A stretch of 56,528 bases of DNA from Minisyncoccota bacterium (GCA_041662525.1 JBAZSF010000005.1:1-56528); one strand, 5' to 3'. Positions 9,161-17,212 are shown, counted from the first letter of the stretch. The notes: generated by a model from the sequence alone, not told the origin. Numbers and translations: made by a program.

Positions 9161-9784
9161 ATGAAAACTCTACCAATAGATCTCGACAGCTTTGGTTTTA
9201 TCGAAAGAGAAAAAAATAATTCTGGTAAATATATTTTAAATCGTTGTGGTAGAGATTTTTTATACTATTCACTCCATTATTTCTATCCGGATAAATACAA
9301 CTCATTTTCTAAAAATCCTCAATTTATTCATAAAAATAATATATTTGGTTTATCAACACATCCTTGGCTAGCTTTTGCCTTATTGCAATTTATTTATGTT
9401 CCCAAGGTGCTAAAAAAAGAAAATTTAAAATTATTAATAAATGATAAAATGATTAATTCCGCTATAGATTTTTATAGGGTTCTTTGGAGGCCTTTAAAGA
9501 TAGATATTGAGAAAAGAATAAAAGAAGTAGAATCTGCCATAGATCAGGGTTTTGTCGTTGGAATTGATATATCTTTATATTTTTTTGGAATTTTTGATCA
9601 CGTGATGTTTGTCTATGGTTGTGATGAAGATAATTTTTATATTTTTGATACCCGTAAAATTAAAATATTAGAATATGAGAAAATGACCAAAGATAATAGA
9701 TACATTATGAAACTACCGAAAGACATAATAAGAAAAAGATGGTCCCTGTTTGGAAGAATTTGGCTTATAAAAAAAATTATGTAG
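9161..9784 (+). CDS. Peptidase C39-like (papain-fold) protein
   Basis: NRCG ... DHVMFVYGCDEDNFYIFDT gives a Cys-His-Asp order like C39-like proteins. Confidence 0.6.
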   Translation: MKTLPIDLDSFGFIEREKNNSGKYILNRCGRDFLYYSLHYFYPDKYNSFSKNPQFIHKNNIFGLSTHPWLAFALLQFIYVPKVLKKENLKLLINDKMINSAIDFYRVLWRPLKIDIEKRIKEVESAIDQGFVVGIDISLYFFGIFDHVMFVYGCDEDNFYIFDTRKIKILEYEKMTKDNRYIMKLPKDIIRKRWSLFGRIWLIKKIM

Positions 9785-9793
9785 TAGTATTAT

Positions 9794-9813
9794 ATCTACG
9801 CTATAGCGTAGTT
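9794..9813. repeat. 20-bp palindrome, copy 2
   Basis: ATCTACGC-TATA-GCGTAGTT; the core 9796-9811 is a perfect 16-bp palindrome. Confidence 0.92.
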
Positions 9814-9842
9814 TAAAAAATAGTTATATAATTTATGTTATT

Positions 9843-10211
9843 ATGACTGGAAGAAAATTGAAATATAAAGGTATGTCGGTAAATATGTTTGGTTTACCTA
9901 GTTTCAGTGATTCTTATAAGGAAAATAAAATACTAAAAATACCTAAACGGAAATATCTTCAATCTTTTATTTCTGATTTTAAAAAAGATGCACCAAAAAA
10001 CTTACTTCTTATATATGATATTCCAGAAGGAAGAAAAAAAGAAAGAGATTGGTTTCGTCGCCAGCTTAGAAATTTTGATTTTGTTATGATCCAAAGAAGT
10101 GTTTGGGTTGGACCGTCGCCTCTCCCGGTAGAATTTCTTGCTTATTTAAAAAGAATTGGATTACAGAAAGAATTCAAAACATTCAAACTGGCCAAATCAT
10201 ATAAGACCTAA
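9843..10211 (+). CDS. Solo Cas2-like / PaaX C-terminal-like ferredoxin-fold protein
   Basis: LLLIYDIPEGRKKERDWFRRQLRNFDFVMIQRSVWV matches the YDI...R..L...GF..LQ.SVW pattern shared by Cas2 and PaaX. Confidence 0.75.
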   Translation: MTGRKLKYKGMSVNMFGLPSFSDSYKENKILKIPKRKYLQSFISDFKKDAPKNLLLIYDIPEGRKKERDWFRRQLRNFDFVMIQRSVWVGPSPLPVEFLAYLKRIGLQKEFKTFKLAKSYKT

Positions 10212-10230
10212 TCTACGCCATGGCGTAGAT
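10211..10230. repeat. 20-bp palindrome, copy 3 (perfect)
   Basis: ATCTACGCCATGGCGTAGAT; its first base is the last base of the TAA stop. Confidence 0.95.
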
Positions 10231-10275
10231 ATTTGTAATGTTTATTATTTTGAATTATTTTGATATACTTGTTGT

Positions 10276-10548
10276 ATGGAAATTAAAGATGTTGAAAATC
10301 TTGCTAATCTTGCTAGGATTGAACTCACAGAAGAAGAAAAAAAGGACTTACTTTCAGATATGGAGAGCATTTTAGGATACGTTAAACAAATTGAAGAAGT
10401 AAAAATAGAGGACGCAGAGCTAGATTATAAAGTTCACAATGTTTGGCGAGAGGACGAAATAATACCGCGAGATTTTTCAAGAGAATTAATTACAGATCAA
10501 TTCCCCGATGCCCAAGATGGGTTTTTGAAAGTGAAAAAGATTTTATGA
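10276..10548 (+). CDS. gatC: Asp/Glu-tRNA amidotransferase subunit C
   Basis: VENLANLARIEL...ILGYV...NVWRED; ATGA overlap with gatA. Confidence 0.92.
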   Translation: MEIKDVENLANLARIELTEEEKKDLLSDMESILGYVKQIEEVKIEDAELDYKVHNVWREDEIIPRDFSRELITDQFPDAQDGFLKVKKIL

Positions 10549-11963
10549 TTGATTTAAATACGCTTACTATTAAAGAGGCTAGAAAAAAATTAGACGCCAA
10601 AGAATTTTCCGCGGTAGATTTAGCGTCAGTTTATTTAGCCGAGATTGAAAAGAAAAATAAAGAGCTCAATGCATATTTGGAAGTTTTTGATGATGTATTA
10701 GAACAGGCAAAAGTGGCGGACGAAATGATCGCCAAGGGGGAGTCGTATCCATTACTCGGTATTCCACTTGCTATAAAAGATAATATTTTAATCCAAGGTA
10801 GAAAAGTTTCTGCTGCATCAAAAATGTTAGAAAATTATGTGGCTTCTTATGACGCGACGGTTATTGTTAAATTAAAAAAACAAGGAGCAATATTTTTAGG
10901 CAGAACGAACACAGATGAATTTGCGATGGGAGGTTCTACAGAAAATTCAGCTTATGGGGTAACAAAAAATCCTCACGACACATCGAGAGTAGCAGGAGGG
11001 TCTTCCGGTGGATCAGTGGTCGCGGTGGCTGCCAATATGGCCCTTGGGGCCTTAGGATCTGATACAGGAGGATCAGTACGAGAACCAGCGAGCTTTTGTG
11101 GAATAGTGGGAATGAAGCCCACATATGGGCGAGTTTCTCGATATGGTCTTATCTCTATGGGTTCATCTCTAGATTGTATCGGTTCTATCGCTAAAAACAC
11201 AACTGATGCAAAGATTATTTATGATTCTATTTATGGAAACGATGTACTGGATAGCACTAGTATCACTGAAAGTGCTTATCCAAAATTTTCTGCTAAAAAA
11301 ATAATTGGTGTGCCATGGGACTTAGTAAACGGAGAAGGTATTGATCCGAAAGTTAAAGAAAATTTTAAACAATCTATTGAAAAATTAGAAAATCTTGGTT
11401 TTGAAATTAAAGATATCTCTATTAAAAATCTTGATATTTCACTAGCAATTTATTACATCATTATGCCTGCTGAAGCGTCGACTAATCTTGCTCGTTTTGA
11501 TGGAGTGCGATACGGTTTACATAAGGAGGGTAAAAATTTATTGGAAGATTATATGTTAACCAAAGGAAAAGGTTTCGGAAAAGAAGTTCGTCGGAGAATA
11601 CTTTTGGGTACTTATGTGCTTTCTGCTGGTTACTATGACGCTTATTATGGTAAGGCTCAAAATATTCGTAGTGCCTTGAGAGAACAATTTAATAAAACAT
11701 TTCAAGATGTTGATATTGTGGCTACCCCGACTTCTCCTATACCAGCTTGGAAGATCGGAGAGAAAAGTGACCCACTTTCTATGTATTTAGCGGATATTTT
11801 TACCATTACGGCAAACATCGTCGGAGTGCCGGCCATTTCAGTGCCGTCAGGCTTTATGGAAATAGAAGAGAAGAAATTACCACTTGGAATTCAATTTATG
11901 GCGCCACACGGGGCAGAGGAAATGTTGTTTGAAGTTAGTCAGAAGTTTGAGGCAATGATATAA
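10545..11963 (+). CDS. gatA: Asp/Glu-tRNA amidotransferase subunit A
   Basis: PLAIKDNI, TDEFAMGGS, GGSSGGS, GSDTGGSVREPA, RRILLGTY; start re-assigned to 10545. Confidence 0.97.
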   Translation: MIDLNTLTIKEARKKLDAKEFSAVDLASVYLAEIEKKNKELNAYLEVFDDVLEQAKVADEMIAKGESYPLLGIPLAIKDNILIQGRKVSAASKMLENYVASYDATVIVKLKKQGAIFLGRTNTDEFAMGGSTENSAYGVTKNPHDTSRVAGGSSGGSVVAVAANMALGALGSDTGGSVREPASFCGIVGMKPTYGRVSRYGLISMGSSLDCIGSIAKNTTDAKIIYDSIYGNDVLDSTSITESAYPKFSAKKIIGVPWDLVNGEGIDPKVKENFKQSIEKLENLGFEIKDISIKNLDISLAIYYIIMPAEASTNLARFDGVRYGLHKEGKNLLEDYMLTKGKGFGKEVRRRILLGTYVLSAGYYDAYYGKAQNIRSALREQFNKTFQDVDIVATPTSPIPAWKIGEKSDPLSMYLADIFTITANIVGVPAISVPSGFMEIEEKKLPLGIQFMAPHGAEEMLFEVSQKFEAMI

Positions 11964-11970
11964 TTTTTAT

Positions 11971-12615
11971 ATGGAAACAGTTAATCAAAATCCTATTTTA
12001 CAAAATACTATTCTTGATTCAAAGTATTTTAATCCGGTATATTTATTTGATCAAGGTTCTATACAGTTGCACAAATTTTTTTCTTTTACTTCTGAGATTC
12101 CTATTGATCAAGTAACGATTTTTGCAAAAACAATTCTTTTCATTTTAGCGATGTTTTTTTTGACAATCATTAGTTATGTAATCGTTCGAATGCTTGAAAT
12201 CAGAGCTAAAGAGCATAAACATTTGCATCACGAGATTCATGAATATGCGCATAAGAAAAAACAAGAGGAGAAAAGATTGCGTGAAGAATCTGGAGGTTCA
12301 AAAAATGAACGTTGGGGGAAAACTCTTAGTTATCTTTTTTCTCAACATGCCAGTGATTGGAAGCTTGCAATTATCGAAGCTGATTCTATGCTTGAAAGCC
12401 TAATGGAGCAATTAGGTTTTAGAGGAGAAACTTTGGGGGATAGATTAAAAATGGCTAATCAGGAAAATTTCCCCAACCTTACTATCGCTTGGGAAGTTCA
12501 TACTATTAGAAATAGAATAGCTCACGAGGGTTTAACTTTTGAAGTTTCTCAACATGAAGCAAAAAGAATAATTGCTTTGTATGAGCAGATTTTTCATGAT
12601 TATGGTTTTATTTGA
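11971..12615 (+). CDS. Single-TM hypothetical protein with a C-terminal HEPN-like RNxxxH motif
   Basis: TM segment ILFILAMFFLTIISYVIV; IRNRIAH encoded near 12505-12525. Confidence 0.6.
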   Translation: METVNQNPILQNTILDSKYFNPVYLFDQGSIQLHKFFSFTSEIPIDQVTIFAKTILFILAMFFLTIISYVIVRMLEIRAKEHKHLHHEIHEYAHKKKQEEKRLREESGGSKNERWGKTLSYLFSQHASDWKLAIIEADSMLESLMEQLGFRGETLGDRLKMANQENFPNLTIAWEVHTIRNRIAHEGLTFEVSQHEAKRIIALYEQIFHDYGFI

Positions 12616-12687
12616 TTTTAAGTTTGCTTTTTTAAGAATTTAAGGTAAAATTGATAAGTGCCTTTGAGAAGGCATTTTTTAATATAG

Positions 12688-12742
12688 AGCGGGGTAGAGA
12701 AGAGGCATCTCCAAAGGGACTAATAGCGTGAAAAACCTTAAG
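12688..12742 (+). pseudogene. Degenerate partial duplicate of the initiator tRNA (5' half)
   Basis: 12688-12711 is identical to 12776-12799 (24 nt); AACCTTAAG 12734-12742 matches 12811-12819; no T arm or acceptor 3' strand. Confidence 0.65.
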
Positions 12743-12775
12743 GTGTCTAAATTACTTTGTTTATATTATTTTTAT

Positions 12776-12846
12776 AGCGGGGTAGAGAAGAGGCATCTCG
12801 TAAGGCTCATAACCTTAAGACCCACGTTCGATTCGTGGCCCCGCAA
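12776..12846 (+). tRNA. tRNA-Met(CAT), initiator type
   Basis: A1:A72 mismatch, A11-U24 pair, anticodon CAT 12808-12810, T arm CCACG-TTCGATT-CGTGG; CCA not encoded. Confidence 0.88.
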
Positions 12847-12901
12847 CAAGTCGGCAAGTGACATGCCAAAATGTCTTATTGTCGAGTATAATGTATAATA
12901 T

Positions 12902-12974
12902 GTCGGCGTAGCTCAGTTAGTAGAGCACGGGACTCATAAGCCCGGGGTCGCAGGCGCACTCCCTGCCGCCGACA
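12902..12974 (+). tRNA. tRNA with CAT anticodon (elongator Met or Ile2), atypical T loop
   Basis: Acceptor GTCGGCG/CGCCGAC, D arm GCTC/GAGC, anticodon 12935-12937, T loop CGCACTC. Confidence 0.8.
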
Positions 12975-13031
12975 CACCCTTATAGGCGGGAAACGAGAGA
13001 AAACAGAAGTTGTTTGAAGAAGTAAATATTT

Positions 13032-13105
13032 GCGATCGTAGCTCAACTGGTTAGAGCACCCGCCTGTCACGCGGGAGGTTGGCGGTTCAAATCCGCTCGA
13101 TCGCG
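13032..13105 (+). tRNA. tRNA-Asp(GTC)
   Basis: GCGATCG/CGATCGC acceptor; CCCGC-CTGTCAC-GCGGG anticodon arm; G73. Confidence 0.95.
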
Positions 13106-13248
13106 CAAACTAAAATTTATAAATAATATCTTTATTTACAATGACTTTTTGGTTCTAACCGAAGGTAGTTTTTCTACTGGTTTTTTGGACGTTTGAACTG
13201 GTATAATAATATAGGTCTAAATTTAGTAGCTTTAATTATGTAAATAAA

Positions 13249-13470
13249 ATGAAAATATCAAAAATAATGCATGTCGCTAGTGTTATCGTAGGGTTGGTTG
13301 GAGTAGTTGTTTTTATTAAGACACTCGGAGTTTCGTCAGATGGGATGGTTTTCGGAATCACAAAATTTGATGCGTTATTATGCGTAGCGATTCTTTTTCT
13401 TATCGCTATTTGGGGACAAATTGGAACTATTCATCACATAATGCTCGAAAAGACGGGAGAGATTATATAA
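13249..13470 (+). CDS. Small two-TM hypothetical protein
   Basis: Two hydrophobic segments; TGgTATAAT promoter at 13199-13207. Confidence 0.6.
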   Translation: MKISKIMHVASVIVGLVGVVVFIKTLGVSSDGMVFGITKFDALLCVAILFLIAIWGQIGTIHHIMLEKTGEII

Positions 13471-13485
13471 TAGACAATTTATCAC

Positions 13486-13514
13486 TTGACATTTATACCC
13501 CCTAGGGGTATCAT
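13486..13514 (+). promoter_or_regulatory. Promoter with a CsoR-type operator in its spacer
   Basis: TTGACA 13486-13491, 17-nt spacer, TATCAT 13509-13514; ATACCCC-CTA-GGGGTAT 13495-13511. Confidence 0.8.
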
Positions 13515-13588
13515 ATATAGTATAGATGATAATTTTACTAGTCCGTGAAATTATTAAATATTATAAATAACTAATTAAATTTAATTAT

Positions 13589-13837
13589 ATGATGTACGGA
13601 ATATATAATGGTTTTGGAAGTTGGGGAGCTCCCAGTATGATGGGCTTTTTTGGAGGGGGAATTATGATGCTTTTGTTTTGGGGAGCAGTTATTTATTTTA
13701 TTGTTTGGCTTGTTCGCAATAATAAAACAAACGAAACAGATAGTAGTAAAAAGTCCTTGGATATTTTAAAAGAAAGATATGCCAAAGGTGAGATTGATAA
13801 AAAGGAATTTGAAGAAAAGAAAAAAGATTTAAGTTAA
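13589..13837 (+). CDS. SHOCT-domain membrane protein
   Basis: Met/Gly-rich N-terminus, TM segment, [25 protein letters not shown]. Confidence 0.88.
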   Translation: MMYGIYNGFGSWGAPSMMGFFGGGIMMLLFWGAVIYFIVWLVRNNKTNETDSSKKSLDILKERYAKGEIDKKEFEEKKKDLS

Positions 13838-13843
13838 AACATT

Positions 13844-14167
13844 ATGAAATTAGGAATGATTCTACAATCAAATAAGCCAGAACACATATGGAATACATTT
13901 CGTCTAGGGATTACGGCACTTAAAGCTGGACATCAAGCAGAAGTTTTTTTACTAAGTGAAGGTTCAGAATTAGATAGTATACCCGATATTAAAGATTTTG
14001 ATATTTCTGTAAAAGTGGCTGAGTTCAAAAAATTAAAAGGTAATATTCATGCCTGTGGTTCCTGTTTGAAACTACGAGGAAAGGAGGAAAGTAATGTATG
14101 TCCTATTTCTACAATGTCAGATTTACTTGCGATGATTGAAAGTTCGGATAAAGTATTAGTTTTTTAG
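13844..14167 (+). CDS. DsrE/DsrF-like family protein
   Basis: VFLLSEG, ACGSCLKLRG, STMSDLLAMIESSDKVLVF. Confidence 0.85.
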   Translation: MKLGMILQSNKPEHIWNTFRLGITALKAGHQAEVFLLSEGSELDSIPDIKDFDISVKVAEFKKLKGNIHACGSCLKLRGKEESNVCPISTMSDLLAMIESSDKVLVF

Positions 14168-14314
14168 TTAAAATGTCTTAACTTCTCGTAAATTTGGCAT
14201 ATAAATCTACCCATTGTGCTCTCGTATAGCAGTTCCCACTTCGTTCACTAAGTCGCGCAAGATGAAAAGAGCCATAGGAATATGTTTTTCTTGCACTCCT
14301 CATATTAAGAACTT

Positions 14315-14734
14315 TTAAGAGAAAGAAGGAATAATTTTTGTTGAATAATATCCTCCGACAAATGCAAGTGTGTGAACAATCCCGAAGGCAAGCCCAGTTC
14401 CAAAAAGTCCCATTCCAAGAAAAGTTAAACCACTCAAGGAAATTCCAGCAGGATAAAAATCAAATATCGATGGAAGGATGTTGTAATATATGCCGAATAT
14501 CGATGCAACAACAATTCCTCCAATAACTACTTTTCTAAATTCTTTTTTGCTTACATCAATAAAAGAAAGAAAAAATATTGAAAAGACAAGATACAGAACA
14601 AATTTTACTATAAAATATGGGAGTGTCTCCATTGGGTTGGAAAATAATAAATGGGAAAAATAATCGATAACATAAACACCTAAAACTGATATTATTATTG
14701 CATCCAGTACTATTTTTAGATAATTTTTTTTCAT
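14315..14734 (-). CDS. Hypothetical multi-TM protein
   Basis: 139-aa ORF with four hydrophobic segments. Confidence 0.65.
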   Translation of the reverse strand: MKKNYLKIVLDAIIISVLGVYVIDYFSHLLFSNPMETLPYFIVKFVLYLVFSIFFLSFIDVSKKEFRKVVIGGIVVASIFGIYYNILPSIFDFYPAGISLSGLTFLGMGLFGTGLAFGIVHTLAFVGGYYSTKIIPSFS

Positions 14735-14890
14735 ATATCTTTAAATTAATTATAATATATAGAAGTATAATACTAATATTATTAATTTATCATTAATTAA
14801 TATATGCGTTAATATTGTTTTAATGTGGCTTTATTATAATAATATAGGTCGTAGCAATAAAGATTATTATTATTAACTTTTTGAAATTTT

Positions 14891-15094
14891 ATGGCTGATA
14901 CAATTATTACAAATTCTCCTGAAAAAGGAGGTGGAGGTGGTGGTGCAGGATGGGTTGTGGCATTAGTTATTATTATCGCAGTTATAGTGGGCGGCATTAT
15001 ACTATATCGTCGTGGCGTATTTAGAGCGGTAGCTCCAGCAGGTGACACTAATATTAATGTTACTTTACCAAACCCTATTAATTCACCTGAATAA
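14891..15094 (+). CDS. Small single-TM protein with a Gly-rich linker
   Basis: GGGGGGAG followed by a TM segment and a basic RRG patch. Confidence 0.6.
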   Translation: MADTIITNSPEKGGGGGGAGWVVALVIIIAVIVGGIILYRRGVFRAVAPAGDTNINVTLPNPINSPE

Positions 15095-15158
15095 TATAGT
15101 CTGTGAGAATTTTAGTTTGATTACTAGGTTATTTTATAAATTTAATTAATAAATTATT

Positions 15159-15296
15159 ATGTCACTACTTACAATTTCTGAAATTATTTTTTTTCTTGTT
15201 TACGGTATTAGTCATTTTTATCCATTCAAAAATTCACAGATAATCTGTGCGGTTGCGGCTATTGTTGTTGCTGTTCTTCTGATTGTTAAAATTTAG
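15159..15296 (+). CDS. 45-aa two-TM small protein (not in the ORF track)
   Basis: MSLLTISEIIFFLVYGISHFYPFKNSQIICAVAAIVVAVLLIVKI, filling an otherwise empty gap. Confidence 0.5.
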   Translation: MSLLTISEIIFFLVYGISHFYPFKNSQIICAVAAIVVAVLLIVKI

Positions 15297-15380
15297 TTAA
15301 CGTAGCAGTTATTTTTTAGTTCAAATTGAAGGTAGTTTTTCTGCTGGTCTATTTGATATTGGAATTGGTATAATATAAAT

Positions 15381-17204
15381 ATGTTTAAAAATACTTCAGA
15401 AACTGATGTCTCTATAACTGACCCTAGATTTATAAAAATTGGTCTGTTTCTTTTTTTCGTGTTTATTTTATTTGGAATTTTGGAGTCCAAGACTTTTGAA
15501 ATTAAATACAAAGATAGGTTTTACCCCGGTATTTTTATTGGTGGTGAATATGTCGGTGGGAAAACTTATTCTGAAGTCCTAAATAGTTTCAAAGAAAAAA
15601 AAGAGAAATTAGAGAAAAACGGGCTGAACGCAAATTTTACTAGCTCACGTGGAATACAAAAAGTAAATATTCCAATGAGCGTAATAGGAACTACCCCTGA
15701 TAACTCTGTGGAATATTTTTCGTTTGATGGTTGGGAAAATAATCTGGAGGAAGCTTATAGTTGGGGACATAATACAAACCTTTTTCTTAATCTAAAAGAA
15801 CAAACGATACTTTTATTCACAAAAAAATATTTTAATTTTACCAATTCAATACATAGAGAAGTAGTAGATCCTTTTTTGGAGGACAGAGTATATAATTTCC
15901 TAAATAAAAGTGCTCCAGCCGTGTTTTCTTTTACCTCGGGCAAAATAACTATTTTAAAAGAAGTAGAAGGAGAAAGTGTAAACAGGGAAGAAGTTTTGAA
16001 TATTTTAGAACAAAAGTTGAATTTATTTGACACAATACCCATAATTTTTACGACCGATCAGGATTTTCCTGTAGTTACCAAGGAAAAACTGGAACCCTTT
16101 TTGGATTCTGCGGAAATATTTACCAAGGGTAAAAATATAGTTTTTCAATATAAAGGACGTGAATGGAAGATAAAAGAGACTCAACTTATTTCTTGGCTAA
16201 CTGTAAATACAGAAAACGCCATCGATATTAATCAGATTAAACTCGAGGATTATCTAGCAAATACAGTGACAAAGTTTATAGATAGTCCTCCACAAAATAG
16301 TCGTTTTAAAATGCAAGATGGTAAATTGATTGAAACAGTTCCAGGCAAACCTGGGAATATCGTTGATGTGGACGACGTATTAGAAAAAATTAAAAAAGTA
16401 ATTTTCGAAACAAACGTAGAAGTTAAAAATAGTAGAATAAATATTCCTATAAAAACCATCGAAGTTGAGCCCAAGGTAACTCAAAATACCGTAGACAAAT
16501 ATAATATAGTCGATATTGTTGGAGAAATTCGTACCAGCTTTGATGGAAGTACCGCGAACCGTGAACACAATATAAAAATAGGAATTTCTATGATTGATGG
16601 AATGATAATACCTCCAGGGGCAGAATTTTCTACAGTAGCTTCAATTGGTCGTGTTACTGCGAAAGAAGGGTATTTGAAAGAACTGGTAATAAAAGAAAAT
16701 AAAACGACTAAGGAATATGGCGGAGGTTTATGTCAAATTGCTACTACTTTATTCCGTTTAGCATTGAACGCTGGACTTCCTATCACAGAAAGACAAAATC
16801 ATCGTTTCGTCGTTCATTATTATGATCCGCCTGGGCTTGATGCTACTATATATGGACCTCATCCTGATTTTCGTTTTGTTAACGACACAAATAACTATCT
16901 TCTTCTGCAGGCACGAGTGGAAAATAAGCAAGTGATTATGGAATTGTATGGACAAAAAGACGGTAGATCTTCAGAAATTTCTGAAGCTACTTTATATAAT
17001 AGAATTCCTGCTCCACCAACAAAATATGTACAAAGTGCAGAACTTCCAGTCGGACAAACAAAATGTACTGAAGTGCCACATGATGGCGTGACCACAGATG
17101 TTTTATACACTATTAAATATCTTGATGGGACAATAAAAGAAAGAAATTTCCACAGTATCTATCAACCTTGGCAAAAAGTATGTCTTATCGGTACTGCTTT
17201 ATAG
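15381..17204 (+). CDS. VanW-family protein with an N-terminal anchor and putative peptidoglycan-binding region
   Basis: NREHNI, EYGGGLCQIATTLFR, ERQNH, GLDATIY. Confidence 0.9.
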   Translation: MFKNTSETDVSITDPRFIKIGLFLFFVFILFGILESKTFEIKYKDRFYPGIFIGGEYVGGKTYSEVLNSFKEKKEKLEKNGLNANFTSSRGIQKVNIPMSVIGTTPDNSVEYFSFDGWENNLEEAYSWGHNTNLFLNLKEQTILLFTKKYFNFTNSIHREVVDPFLEDRVYNFLNKSAPAVFSFTSGKITILKEVEGESVNREEVLNILEQKLNLFDTIPIIFTTDQDFPVVTKEKLEPFLDSAEIFTKGKNIVFQYKGREWKIKETQLISWLTVNTENAIDINQIKLEDYLANTVTKFIDSPPQNSRFKMQDGKLIETVPGKPGNIVDVDDVLEKIKKVIFETNVEVKNSRINIPIKTIEVEPKVTQNTVDKYNIVDIVGEIRTSFDGSTANREHNIKIGISMIDGMIIPPGAEFSTVASIGRVTAKEGYLKELVIKENKTTKEYGGGLCQIATTLFRLALNAGLPITERQNHRFVVHYYDPPGLDATIYGPHPDFRFVNDTNNYLLLQARVENKQVIMELYGQKDGRSSEISEATLYNRIPAPPTKYVQSAELPVGQTKCTEVPHDGVTTDVLYTIKYLDGTIKERNFHSIYQPWQKVCLIGTAL

Positions 17205-17212
17205 AATTGATT

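Noticed and set aside
9111-10230. CRISPR array suggested by three repeats beside a Cas2-like gene
   Set aside because: The gaps between repeats are 663 and 397 nt and each holds a gene, not a 25-50 nt spacer; no cas1 in the window.
12876-13070. 64-aa minus-strand ORF
   Set aside because: Antisense to two tRNA genes.
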